The translations under genes were made by a program, and so were the position numbers. A model generated the notes under the pieces. That model was not told the DNA's origin. It saw only the letters and a list, made by a program, of their open reading frames with translations, and searched no databases. From an uncultured Pseudobdellovibrionaceae bacterium (GTDB lineage: Bacteria; Bdellovibrionota; Bdellovibrionia; Bdellovibrionales; UBA1609), in assembly GCA_963803705.1 (NCBI GenBank), contig CAWDNU010000003.1:256001-320000 (forward strand): a stretch of DNA of 64,000 nt, read 5' to 3'. Of this stretch, positions 41,315-50,826 are shown in pieces; position 1 is the first letter of the stretch; the number at the start of each line of letters is the position of its first letter.

Positions 41315-42373
41315 ATGTCCAAGAAAATTTCTTACTCAGAAAGCAGCACTATTCAGAACGCTCTGAATACACTTTTAGCAGACAACTTAAAGCAAAGGTC
41401 AGAGAGCTTAAAAATTGGCGTTATTTATAAAAACCATTTTTACAAGTTTAGTTATGGGAAAAACTATAAATATTATGATTTAGCTTCGTTAACAAAAGTA
41501 ATATTTACGGTTAGTGCTTTTATGCACTATGAAAGTAAAATTAAGCCAGTTTTAGATTCACCCGTAGTAAATATTCTTCCATGGTTTACTGGTCCTGATT
41601 CGGTCAAAGTAAAGGATCTTCTTGCCCATCAATCAGGTGCCCCTTCGCTGTACCCAGTTTACAAGAAACTTAAGTACGATACTCTTTCTGGATTAGAGCC
41701 CTTGAACCTGCTCACTAGAGAAATTACATTTAGTGAAAAATGCCCTGTATATTCAGATGTTGGTTTTTTTGTTCTAGGTGCAATTTTAGAAAGTATTTAT
41801 TTGAAACCGCTGCTTAGTATATATCAGCACATTGAAAAAACTTATGATCTAGGATCTATACATTTTAATCCTGTAGGCAAAAAATGCAGATTTCCAAAAA
41901 ATGAGTACGCTCCCACAGAAAAGTGTCCATTGAGAAAAAAAATGATCCAGGGGGAAGTGCATGATGAGAACTGCTGGAAAATGGGTGGGGTGGGACCGCA
42001 CGCTGGTCTATTCGGTTCTTTAGAAGACGTGATGATGTGGTTAAATAATTTTAGTTTGAACCTAGAATCTAAGGATGTAAAAAACACTAGCTTAAAATTT
42101 TTACAGAAACAAAGAGGCGACTGGCGTTTGGGCTTGATGGTTCCGTCGAAACCTAAATCTTCTTCAGGTCTATACTTTTCAGACCAGGCTTGGGGGCACT
42201 TAGGTTTTACCGGAGTTTCATTTTGGTCAGATCCCTATCAAGCCTTAAGTGTCGTAATTTTAAGTAATAGAACTTATCCTGACCGAACAAACATGACATT
42301 TAATGAGTTAAGACCAATGATACATAACACTATTTGGGAGGCGCTTCATGACAAAAAAAATTTCAGACCTTAG
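41315..42373 (+). CDS. Serine hydrolase, beta-lactamase/PBP-like family
   Basis: ASLTK (SxxK), LAHQSG, YSD, GEVHDEN, HLGFTG. Confidence 0.87.
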   Translation: MSKKISYSESSTIQNALNTLLADNLKQRSESLKIGVIYKNHFYKFSYGKNYKYYDLASLTKVIFTVSAFMHYESKIKPVLDSPVVNILPWFTGPDSVKVKDLLAHQSGAPSLYPVYKKLKYDTLSGLEPLNLLTREITFSEKCPVYSDVGFFVLGAILESIYLKPLLSIYQHIEKTYDLGSIHFNPVGKKCRFPKNEYAPTEKCPLRKKMIQGEVHDENCWKMGGVGPHAGLFGSLEDVMMWLNNFSLNLESKDVKNTSLKFLQKQRGDWRLGLMVPSKPKSSSGLYFSDQAWGHLGFTGVSFWSDPYQALSVVILSNRTYPDRTNMTFNELRPMIHNTIWEALHDKKNFRP

Positions 42374-43769
42374 GCCTGGAGCCCACATTCATATAATGGG
42401 AATTTGCGGCACTGCTATGGGAAATTTTGCCGGCTTACTGAAGTCCATGGGCTATAAAATTACAGGAAGTGACTTAAATATTTATCCCCCAATGTCAGAT
42501 GTTTTAAAGAGCTTAAATATTGAAGTATATGAAGGTTACAAAAAAGAAAACCTAACCCCTGCCCCAGATTTTGTAGTGGTTGGTAACGTTATTAGCCGTA
42601 GTATGCCTGAAGCCGAATTTTTACTTGCGTCAAATATTCCTTATGCCTCATTTCCTGAAAGTATCGGAGAAATGATTTTAAAAAAGACACATTCGATAGC
42701 AATCTGTGGAACCCATGGGAAGACAACCACTACAGCCATGCAGGCCTGGATAGCTGAAAGTTTGATGCTACACCCAGGTTACTTAATCGGTGGAGTACCT
42801 AAGAATCTAAAAAGTTCTTTCAGTGGCGGTAACGGTGATTACTTTATTATCGAAGGGGACGAGTACGACACAGCTTTTTTTGATAAAGTTCCTAAGTTCA
42901 AGCATTACCATCCGAAATCAGCTGTTTTGACCAGTATTGAATTCGACCATGCGGATATTTATAAAGACTTGGATGACGTGCTAGAGGCCTTCAAAATTTT
43001 ATTTGAAAAGTTAGACCCAAATGGAACGCTTATCTATCATGCGCAAGACCGTAATATCAAAAATTTGCTAAGTGAAATTAGATCACAAAGCACAATCAGC
43101 TACGGATTTGAAAATGCAGATTTTTTGATAAGAAATATTGATTACTCAAATGACTTCACTCGTTGGGATGTCGATTATAAAAATAAGACATTTCATTTAA
43201 AAACGAAGATGAGCGGCGAGCATAATGTATTAAATTTTACAGCTAATTTTGCTTTAAGCACCTCTTTAGGTTGGGATATTCCCAAAGTGATAAAGGCCAT
43301 TGAAAGCTTTGAAGGTGTCAAAAGGCGTCAAGAGATTTTAGGTGAAATTGGTGAGGTTCTAGTCATAGAAGATTTTGCTCATCACCCCACCGCGGTAAAA
43401 ATGACCCTGCAGGGTTTAAAGAAGAAGTATAATGGGCGCAGGCTGGTGGGTGTGTTTGAACCGAGGTCAGCGACCTCAAGAAGATCAATTTTTCAAGAAG
43501 ACTATTTTCATGCCTTTCACAAAAATTGCGACAGTGTGATTGTGGCCGAACCCTATCTACCGAGTAACAGCCAGTTCTCATCAAAAATTTTAGTGAACAA
43601 TTTAAATGCAGAGGGGACTCACGCTGTATTGTCTGAAAGCTACAATACAGTTGTAAACGATATCCTTATAAATGCTAAGCCTAAGGATGTCTTAGTGCTT
43701 ATGAGCAATGGGGGTTTCGGAGGCATTTACGACCAAGTGCTAGAGGGGCTAAAAAACAAGGCAAAGTGA
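42348..43769 (+). CDS. mpl: UDP-MurNAc:tripeptide ligase (murein peptide ligase)
   Basis: GICGTAM, GTHGKTTT, EGDEYDTAFFDK, DFAHHPTA, FEPRS, MSNGGFG. Confidence 0.92.
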   Translation: MTKKISDLRPGAHIHIMGICGTAMGNFAGLLKSMGYKITGSDLNIYPPMSDVLKSLNIEVYEGYKKENLTPAPDFVVVGNVISRSMPEAEFLLASNIPYASFPESIGEMILKKTHSIAICGTHGKTTTTAMQAWIAESLMLHPGYLIGGVPKNLKSSFSGGNGDYFIIEGDEYDTAFFDKVPKFKHYHPKSAVLTSIEFDHADIYKDLDDVLEAFKILFEKLDPNGTLIYHAQDRNIKNLLSEIRSQSTISYGFENADFLIRNIDYSNDFTRWDVDYKNKTFHLKTKMSGEHNVLNFTANFALSTSLGWDIPKVIKAIESFEGVKRRQEILGEIGEVLVIEDFAHHPTAVKMTLQGLKKKYNGRRLVGVFEPRSATSRRSIFQEDYFHAFHKNCDSVIVAEPYLPSNSQFSSKILVNNLNAEGTHAVLSESYNTVVNDILINAKPKDVLVLMSNGGFGGIYDQVLEGLKNKAK

Positions 43770-43902
43770 TGTCTTCAGATCGATTTAATCTCGTATTGAG
43801 ACGTAATTCTAACTATTTCTTTGCTTTTAACTAAAATTTAATTTCATGCTAGGTTTTTTGCCCATAAATTGAGATAATACTCATAGAAGAAAGGGGTATC
43901 TT

Positions 43903-44193
43903 ATGAAGAGGCCTAATTTAATAGCTTTTAATTTAAAGTCAGAGCAATCCAGTTTAAAAAAATCCAAGCCCAAGGTTGCACAGTTTTTATTTTTGGCCTT
44001 TGCGATAATTTCTTTTTCCACCATATCTTTTGCTCAAGCAGATGACGTAAGACGTCTACAGAGTAATATTTCATCTTTAAAATCAAAAATTAGAGAATCT
44101 CAGGCTAAAGATCCTAAAGATATTCAGAGACTTTACAAGCTAGAAAATGAGTTAGAAAAAAAGATGTATCTTCAAAAAAATAGAGCCAGGTAA
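43903..44193 (+). CDS. Small exported coiled-coil hypothetical protein
   Basis: GGGG RBS; hydrophobic segment ending SFA; charged helical mature part. Confidence 0.55.
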   Translation: MKRPNLIAFNLKSEQSSLKKSKPKVAQFLFLAFAIISFSTISFAQADDVRRLQSNISSLKSKIRESQAKDPKDIQRLYKLENELEKKMYLQKNRAR

Positions 44194-44298
44194 GCTCTCA
44201 TAGTGTTAGATAAGCCTCTAGAGTATTCAAGGCATTAATTCTTGCATCAAGAGCGTCAAACTATTGATATCTCGTCTGGTATAAGGGATTTTATTCCC

Positions 44299-46887
44299 AT
44301 GACTAAAAAAACCTCCCTGGCAAAAAAAAAGAAACCACTAAGTCCCTTAATGGTCCAATATAAGGGTATAAAAGCAAAGTGTCCCAATGATATTTTGTTA
44401 TTTCGCATGGGGGACTTTTACGAGTTATTCGAAAAGGACGCTGAAATTGCAGCCCCTGTCGTGGGGTTAACTTTAACTTGCCGGAATAAAAAATCTGGAG
44501 ACACGACACCTATGTGTGGCTTTCCTCATCACAGCATGGCGGGGCCTATTCAAAAATTATTGAGCGCAGGTCATAGAGTTTCGATCTGCGATCAAATTGA
44601 AAGTCCAGCCGAAGCTAAGGGTCTGGTCAAAAGAGATATTACAAGGCGTCTTAGTCCTGGGATGGTATTTGATCCAGATTCTTTGGATCAGAAGACAGGC
44701 CACTACATGATGTCTTTTGATAAAAATCATGTTGCTTTTTTAGATTCAACCACAGCTGAAGCTTTTTATTTTGAAAATGATGGTAGTGATCTTGATTATT
44801 TCTTCGAGGCTTTCAATATTGTTGAAATCATCTTGGACACGCAAGATAATAATTTTAAGCCACCATATTTAATATGTGTAACCTACGTAAATTCAAGCGA
44901 TGCCAAAACGCAGTCGGATTCACGTGACCTTTTAGTTAATTATATTAGCGCAAATCAGGGGAAAGACTTTCAGAAAATCTTCGATGGGTTTAAATTTTTT
45001 GAAAGATCTAAGTCTTTAACTTTAACTTCTAAAGTGATTAAACATTTAGAGATTTTCAAAAATTATGAGGGCGAGACCAAAGGCTCTTTATTTGAAACTA
45101 TAAACAAAACAATGACGCCCGCAGGGTCAAGAAAGCTTAAAAAATGGTTAAGAACGCCACTGTGTGATGGAGCAGAAATTTCTAGACGCCACGACGATGT
45201 TGAATATTGGACTAAAGACTTTTTGAAGCTAAAAAGTGTTCGTGAACTTTTAAGATCTTTAGGTGATTTAGAACGACGGACTTTAAAGATCACAAGTCCT
45301 AGCTGTGGTCCTAAAGATTTATTAAGATTATCGGATAGTCTTCTGACTTTAATAGGGATAAAAAGTTTTTTAAGTTTTGATAAAAAGCTGTTCGAATCTG
45401 TCGAAGAGATTTATGAATTGATATCTCGTGCAATCAAAGAAGACGCTCCAGTTCAGTTCTCAACTGGTCAATTTATTGAAATTGGTTACAGCCCAGAGCT
45501 TGACGAAGTTATAGAGCTTGCCGAAAATGCTCAAAATTTAATTCATAAGATGGAAAAAGAACAAAGAGAGAAAGTAGGGGTTCAAAGTTTAAAGATTAGG
45601 TATAATGGAGTGTTTGGTTATTATATCGAGGTGTCTAAGATACACACTTCGAAAATTCCCAAAAATTACATCAGAAAACAGACGCTGGTTTCCAGCGAAC
45701 GTTACACCACAGAAGAACTTCAAGCTTTAGAAGAAAAAGTTTTGCTTTCAAAAGGTAAGCGTATCCAGCTTGAACTTGCTGCGTTGACACAGATCAAAGA
45801 AAGAGTCCTGGTGAAGTCTAAAGATTTCTTAAGAATTTGCCAGGTTGTTGCGGAAGTAGATGTATTATCCTCTTTAGCCTGGTTAAGCATAGAGAGAAAG
45901 TATATACGTCCAGAAATCAGCATTGAGGGTCGCTTAGCTCTTCTAAAGTCTAGGCACCCTGTTGTTGAAGACAATATGACCCAATTTATCGCTAATGACA
46001 TATTTTTACAGCAAGGACAGTGCCTTCTCATCACTGGACCAAATATGGCAGGTAAGTCCACTGTCATGAGACAGGTGGCGTTAAGCGTTTTGCTAAATCA
46101 GATGGGTTCATTCGTGCCAGCAACAGCTGCGACACTTCCTATATATAAAACCTTGCACACTCGTATCGGAGCCTCGGACTTTTTAAGTCAAGGTATGTCT
46201 ACCTTTATGGTTGAGATGTCTGAAACTGCAGAGTTACTTGCTAAAGCTGGACCGGATAGTCTTATAATCTTAGATGAAATTGGTCGCGGAACAAGCACTT
46301 ACGATGGTCTAAGTTTGGCTCAGTCAATTTTGGAAGAGTTGATTTTTAAAGGCGCAAGCTTTTTGTTTTCCACGCACTATCAAGAACTCACTCAGGTTGG
46401 CGAAAATTTTAACCAAGTTCAAAATATGAGTATGGGTGTAAAAAAAGAAAAAGATAAAATTTTCTTCGAATACGTATTCAAGAAGGGCGCAGCTGAAAAG
46501 TCTTATGGAATTGAAGTTGCAAAAATCGCCGGAGTTGAAAAAAAAGTTATAGATCGCGCCCATGAATTGCTCGCAAAATATAATAAAAAAAGTTCCAGCC
46601 CCGCCGTAGGTGCGGATGTGAAACTCAACGATAGCCCCACCGTAGGTGCGGATGTGAAACTCAACGATAGCCCCACCGTAGGTGCGGATGTGAAACTCAA
46701 CGATAGCCCCACCGCAGGTGCGACAGCCCAACTCTCCTTTTTAGACGCCCAGCCTAGCAATTCAGAACTAAAGCCCATTGACCCTAAGCTTTTAGAATTG
46801 TTAGATAAAGTTAAGACCTTTTCAATTGATCAAGCCACACCGCTTCAAGCCTTGAACGAGATTTCTGAATGGCAAAAAAACTTATAA
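44299..46887 (+). CDS. mutS: DNA mismatch repair protein MutS
   Basis: FRMGDFYELF, GPNMAGKST, STFMVEM, DEIGRGTST, SYGIEVA, QLSF clamp motif, TPLQAL. Likely ATG at 44299. Confidence 0.97.
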   Translation: MTKKTSLAKKKKPLSPLMVQYKGIKAKCPNDILLFRMGDFYELFEKDAEIAAPVVGLTLTCRNKKSGDTTPMCGFPHHSMAGPIQKLLSAGHRVSICDQIESPAEAKGLVKRDITRRLSPGMVFDPDSLDQKTGHYMMSFDKNHVAFLDSTTAEAFYFENDGSDLDYFFEAFNIVEIILDTQDNNFKPPYLICVTYVNSSDAKTQSDSRDLLVNYISANQGKDFQKIFDGFKFFERSKSLTLTSKVIKHLEIFKNYEGETKGSLFETINKTMTPAGSRKLKKWLRTPLCDGAEISRRHDDVEYWTKDFLKLKSVRELLRSLGDLERRTLKITSPSCGPKDLLRLSDSLLTLIGIKSFLSFDKKLFESVEEIYELISRAIKEDAPVQFSTGQFIEIGYSPELDEVIELAENAQNLIHKMEKEQREKVGVQSLKIRYNGVFGYYIEVSKIHTSKIPKNYIRKQTLVSSERYTTEELQALEEKVLLSKGKRIQLELAALTQIKERVLVKSKDFLRICQVVAEVDVLSSLAWLSIERKYIRPEISIEGRLALLKSRHPVVEDNMTQFIANDIFLQQGQCLLITGPNMAGKSTVMRQVALSVLLNQMGSFVPATAATLPIYKTLHTRIGASDFLSQGMSTFMVEMSETAELLAKAGPDSLIILDEIGRGTSTYDGLSLAQSILEELIFKGASFLFSTHYQELTQVGENFNQVQNMSMGVKKEKDKIFFEYVFKKGAAEKSYGIEVAKIAGVEKKVIDRAHELLAKYNKKSSSPAVGADVKLNDSPTVGADVKLNDSPTVGADVKLNDSPTAGATAQLSFLDAQPSNSELKPIDPKLLELLDKVKTFSIDQATPLQALNEISEWQKNL
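46597..46722 (+). repeat. In-frame 36-bp tandem repeat (3.5 copies, SPTVGADVKLND) in the mutS C-terminal linker
   Basis: Cores CRCCGYAGGTG at 46602, 46638, 46674 and 46710. Confidence 0.95.
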
Positions 46888-49580
46888 CCGATTCTAAATT
46901 TTTTATTATATCAGGTGCGGATGTGAAACTCGACGGTAGCCCCACCGCAGGTGCGGATGTGAAACTCAACGGAAGCCTCACCGCAGGTGGAAAAGCTCCA
47001 GCAAAAGCTGAAAGCATTTGCGAGCTAGACAGCAGCCTCACCGCAGGTGCGGATGTGAAACCCAACGGTAGCCCCACCGCACCTAAACCGACGCCACCTT
47101 TTGTATCGCAAGAAAAACTGCAAAAATTTGTTATGGAAGTAATCCGTAATGAAGCAAAAAAAAAAATATATAAAGATCTAAAAATTTTTACGATGGGTTC
47201 TTTAAGCTACGAAGGCATCTGTCCATATTCTGATGTCGATCTTTTAGCAGTTGGTGACAAGTCCCTAGCCAAAGAATTTGCAAAAAAACTGGAATTAAAG
47301 CTGAACAATATCAAGATTAAATGGCAGCCGAATTTAGAAATCAGTCAGACCGCTGACATATTCGATCACATTTCAATGTTCTTTTTAAGAGCATTGAATC
47401 CAGATGATGACCCCTTAGTTCTTAATTTTAAACTTAAGCAGTCAGAATGGATACGAAGCAATTTGACGACCTACAAGAAGAAACTGATAGAAGCTCAAGC
47501 TTCAAGACGCAGCCGGTACGGTTCAGTAGGGGGGGAGTTATCACCCAATCTTAAGTTTGGCCCCGGTGGACTTAGAGATACCTGTCAGGCCATTGCTTGG
47601 ATAGGTTGGATAAGAAAAGCTCCAGCAAAAGCTGAAAGCATTTGTGAGCTAGACAGCAGCCCCACCGCAGGTGGAAAAGCTCCAGCAAAAGCTGAAAGCA
47701 TTTGTGAGCTAGACAGCAGCCCCACCGCAGGTGGAAAAGCTCCAGCAAAAGCTGAAAGCATTTGTGAGCTAGACAGCAGCCCCACCGCAGGTGCAGATGT
47801 AAAACTCGACGATAGCCTCACCGCAGGTGCGGATGTAAAACTGAGTGGCACGCCCTTGCTGATGTTGCAACTAGAGCAAACGCTTTACAAAAATTTAGCT
47901 CACATTTACTGCGTACGCTACGCAACTCAAGCTTTATTTGGTGTGGACAGAGTCAATCTAGAAAGTTGGAAAGACCTCTTAAGATTTTTGAACAAAGACC
48001 CTGAATACAGAAAAGATTTTTACATGTTGTTGAACAAGCAGTTTCAGGTCGCAGATTTAGCTTTTCAAAACTTTGATCCAGATCTCTTTTACAAATCTAA
48101 TTGGGATGAGGCTAGTTTATCGAAATGGATCTTTAAAAAAAAGGTCGACAATATTTTTCCATTAAAGAATCTTAACGAAGATAATTTCAAAATATATGCG
48201 TATTATTTCAAAAATATAATTGCAAAAAAAAGCAAATCAGACTTAATTTTTTTGCAGCGAATTTACGATTGGATCAAAAATTTGTTTCTAGAAAATACTC
48301 AAGACTGGCAAATAGACTTCATAGTCGATTCAGGTTTAGGACCTAGTCTTTTCCAAAAGGACTGGGATCATGTCTCTGGCCAAGTGCAGTCAGATCACTA
48401 TCATAAGTACATAGTTTCAGAGCATCTGCGGCAAACATTAAAGGCAGTGTGCAAACTTCAAAATAATGAATTAGATAGGCACTCTTTGAAAGACGCCTGT
48501 TCAGAGCTCTCAAAAAAAGATTGGCAACTTTTAAAGTGGGTAGCCTTATTTCACGATTTGAAAAAGGGCTTTGTAGTTGATCACTCTGAGCTGGGACTTC
48601 AGTTCGTGAATAGTTTTGCTTTTTTTTTCAAAAACGAGAAGAAAATAGTGGGAAATTTAGTTCAGAACCATTTGAAATTATCTACTTTTGCGTTTCGCTT
48701 TGAACACACTGATCAAGCTCAGTTAAAAAAATTAGATGATCTATTTGAAGCTTCAGTTGAAATTAAACTTCTTTTGATCTTCACAGCGGCAGATATAATG
48801 GGCTCAAACCCGGGATCATGGAACAGATGGAAAGCAGATCAACTAAATTTTGCTTATAAATCTTTGATGATCTATCGAAACCAAAGAGTAGCCTTCGACT
48901 TTAAGCTTTTAGAGGGCTTCGAAATTTCACCCCAGTTGATTGAGGTTGTTACTGAGAAATACTTAAAAAAAGATCTGGATCTGTTAACGTCCAACTATGA
49001 TGATACGGGTCTTAAAGAAAACTGGGAAGTCACTCGAATTGACCACAGTGTATGGGTAAGAGTTTTTAAAAGGGACGATGGGCCGGGATCTTTAGGAAAG
49101 ATTCTGAACTTTTTGTACATCGCGGGGCTACCTATTGAGCAGGCTTTTATCAGCACAGCTCAGCTAACCAAACTGTCAAAAAATACGAGTAATTGTGAAG
49201 GATACATCTATAACTGGTTTCGATTACCTTCAACTTTTGAAAAACCAGTGGCTCAGATACAAAAAAGAATTCAATTTCTATTTCTGCAATCTGAATTTGA
49301 AGATATTCAGTTCAAGGTTAGTATAGAGAAAGTTTTATTTTTGACAGAAAATAAAGGTAAATTAAGTTTTGTCTTTAAAGGCCAAGACCAAAAAGGAGTT
49401 TTGCTTTTCATTAGCAAAATATTTGGAGCCCTAGGGGTAAGCATACAAAAAGCCCAAGTGAATACATGGGGAAGCCGGATCGAGGACGTTTTTACGGTCC
49501 TAAAACAAGATTTCGAACAGAAAGACCTGCTGACTAAATTGGAAAAAAGCCTAAGTTTAGCGCAAAGTATTAAAATTTAA
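46869..49580 (+). CDS. glnD: GlnD-like uridylyltransferase/uridylyl-removing enzyme, divergent, with repeat insertions
   Basis: NTase motif GSLSYEGICPYSDVDLL, PNLKFGPGGLRD, HD domain (YHKYIVSEH, LFHDLKKG..DHSELG) and C-terminal ACT-like domains. Confidence 0.8.
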   Translation: MAKKLITDSKFFIISGADVKLDGSPTAGADVKLNGSLTAGGKAPAKAESICELDSSLTAGADVKPNGSPTAPKPTPPFVSQEKLQKFVMEVIRNEAKKKIYKDLKIFTMGSLSYEGICPYSDVDLLAVGDKSLAKEFAKKLELKLNNIKIKWQPNLEISQTADIFDHISMFFLRALNPDDDPLVLNFKLKQSEWIRSNLTTYKKKLIEAQASRRSRYGSVGGELSPNLKFGPGGLRDTCQAIAWIGWIRKAPAKAESICELDSSPTAGGKAPAKAESICELDSSPTAGGKAPAKAESICELDSSPTAGADVKLDDSLTAGADVKLSGTPLLMLQLEQTLYKNLAHIYCVRYATQALFGVDRVNLESWKDLLRFLNKDPEYRKDFYMLLNKQFQVADLAFQNFDPDLFYKSNWDEASLSKWIFKKKVDNIFPLKNLNEDNFKIYAYYFKNIIAKKSKSDLIFLQRIYDWIKNLFLENTQDWQIDFIVDSGLGPSLFQKDWDHVSGQVQSDHYHKYIVSEHLRQTLKAVCKLQNNELDRHSLKDACSELSKKDWQLLKWVALFHDLKKGFVVDHSELGLQFVNSFAFFFKNEKKIVGNLVQNHLKLSTFAFRFEHTDQAQLKKLDDLFEASVEIKLLLIFTAADIMGSNPGSWNRWKADQLNFAYKSLMIYRNQRVAFDFKLLEGFEISPQLIEVVTEKYLKKDLDLLTSNYDDTGLKENWEVTRIDHSVWVRVFKRDDGPGSLGKILNFLYIAGLPIEQAFISTAQLTKLSKNTSNCEGYIYNWFRLPSTFEKPVAQIQKRIQFLFLQSEFEDIQFKVSIEKVLFLTENKGKLSFVFKGQDQKGVLLFISKIFGALGVSIQKAQVNTWGSRIEDVFTVLKQDFEQKDLLTKLEKSLSLAQSIKI
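46912..47081 (+). repeat. In-frame mosaic of 36-bp and 60-bp units (A-A-B-A) in the glnD N-terminus
   Basis: Cores CACCGCAGGTG at 46943, 46979 and 47039, with half cores at both ends. Confidence 0.95.
47614..47842 (+). repeat. In-frame mosaic (B-B-B-A-partial A) inside glnD
   Basis: Three identical 60-bp units (KAPAKAESICELDSSPTAGG); cores at 47663, 47723, 47783 and 47819. Confidence 0.95.
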
Positions 49581-49849
49581 GCTTTGTTTTACAAATGCTA
49601 GCATTTGTTGCACTTTAAGGTGCTGATTGACTCATCAGGGCTAAACCCCTGATATCTATTGCTTTTCGGGACGTATCGAAAATTTAAGAAATAAGACATT
49701 CTTTGGTCTAGAATAAGCAAAAAGCCTATATAAAATACTTCTGTCTAGTTTTTGTCAAAACTTTTCTCTAGTGCTTGCCTGCATTAAGAAAGATTGCCAG
49801 ACTTTATGTAAGGGCTAGGGTTGGCCCGGCTAAATGGGGAGGAGCAAGG

Positions 49850-50233
49850 ATGCTTAAAGATGTGTTAATAAGAGAAGGGCTTTCAAATAGAGAAGCCGAA
49901 GTTGCGGAGTTGGTTACACAAGGTCTTTCAAACAAAGAAGTTGCAAATAGACTTTTTGTCACTGAAAAAACTGTTAAGTTTCATCTTACAAACATTTATA
50001 AAAAGATGAATGTTAAATCACGTGCTCAGCTAATTGTATGGTGCTTACCAAATATGACTTTCGTTGAAAAGACAGACACGGCGATTATTGAAAATTCGCC
50101 TAACTCTGTTTCTCAAGGAACTTCGAATCAGGTCGCCGAACCGGCTAACAATGAAGCTACTGAGAAGAAAGCTGAAAAAGAAACGCCTACGATTATACCA
50201 GGTCAGGCTAATAAGTCTGGATATTCTTTTTAA
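49850..50233 (+). CDS. Stand-alone LuxR-type HTH regulator
   Basis: LSNREAEVAELVTQGLSNKEVANRLFVTEKTVKFHLTNIYKK; GGAGG RBS before the ATG at 49850; disordered tail. Confidence 0.92.
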   Translation: MLKDVLIREGLSNREAEVAELVTQGLSNKEVANRLFVTEKTVKFHLTNIYKKMNVKSRAQLIVWCLPNMTFVEKTDTAIIENSPNSVSQGTSNQVAEPANNEATEKKAEKETPTIIPGQANKSGYSF

Positions 50234-50252
50234 TCAGGAATATATTAAGACA

Positions 50253-50723
50253 ATGAATACTTCTAAATGCTCTGTCTCCGAAGTTGTGATGACGGAGCTA
50301 GTTTTGCCATCACATACCAATTCTCTTTCAAGTATTTTTGGAGGAGTCATTATGTCTTGGATCGATATCGCGGGAGCGATCTCGGCCCAACGTCATTCAA
50401 GAAGCTCTGTCGTTACTGCTAGTTTAGATGCTTTAAATTTTGAAGCGCCTGTCTACGAGGGCTGGGTTGTTAATTTAAAAGCAAAGGTTAATTATTCTGG
50501 AAGGACTTCAATGGAAGTCGGCGTGCGAGTAGATGCCGAAAATCCACGGACGGGCGAAATTTTTAAAACGGCAAAAGCCTATTTAACCTTTGTGGCTATT
50601 GATGAGTCAGGAAAACCAAAGCAAGTTCCAAGTTTAATTTTAGAAACTAAAGAAGACGAGCGCCGCTTTCAGCAGGCCAAAGTTAGAAAAGAGCACAGGC
50701 TTAGTCAAAAACCAACATCTTAA
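50253..50723 (+). CDS. Acyl-CoA thioesterase (hotdog fold, YciA-like)
   Basis: VLPSHTN..IFGG..MSWID, GRTSMEVGVRV, FVAIDE.GKP. Confidence 0.9.
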   Translation: MNTSKCSVSEVVMTELVLPSHTNSLSSIFGGVIMSWIDIAGAISAQRHSRSSVVTASLDALNFEAPVYEGWVVNLKAKVNYSGRTSMEVGVRVDAENPRTGEIFKTAKAYLTFVAIDESGKPKQVPSLILETKEDERRFQQAKVRKEHRLSQKPTS

Positions 50724-50826
50724 TTAATTTTAAATATTGAATTCTCAAATTCTATTGTTTTATTCTAATCTGTATGTAGCATTTAAGTTACTAACATTTA
50801 TGAATTATTAACAACACGGAGGTTCA

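Noticed and set aside
43787..43802. TCTC-N5-GAGA palindrome and scattered half-sites as a shared regulatory motif
   Set aside because: Too few and too degenerate instances to support without motif statistics.
46597..47842. CRISPR array interpretation of the core/spacer repeats
   Set aside because: The spacers are only two recurring types rather than unique sequences, the arrays lie in frame inside genes, and no cas genes are present.
46324..47851. Minus-strand ORFs over the repeat arrays
   Set aside because: They are shadows of stop-free repeat units opposite mutS/glnD, with no independent evidence of being genes.
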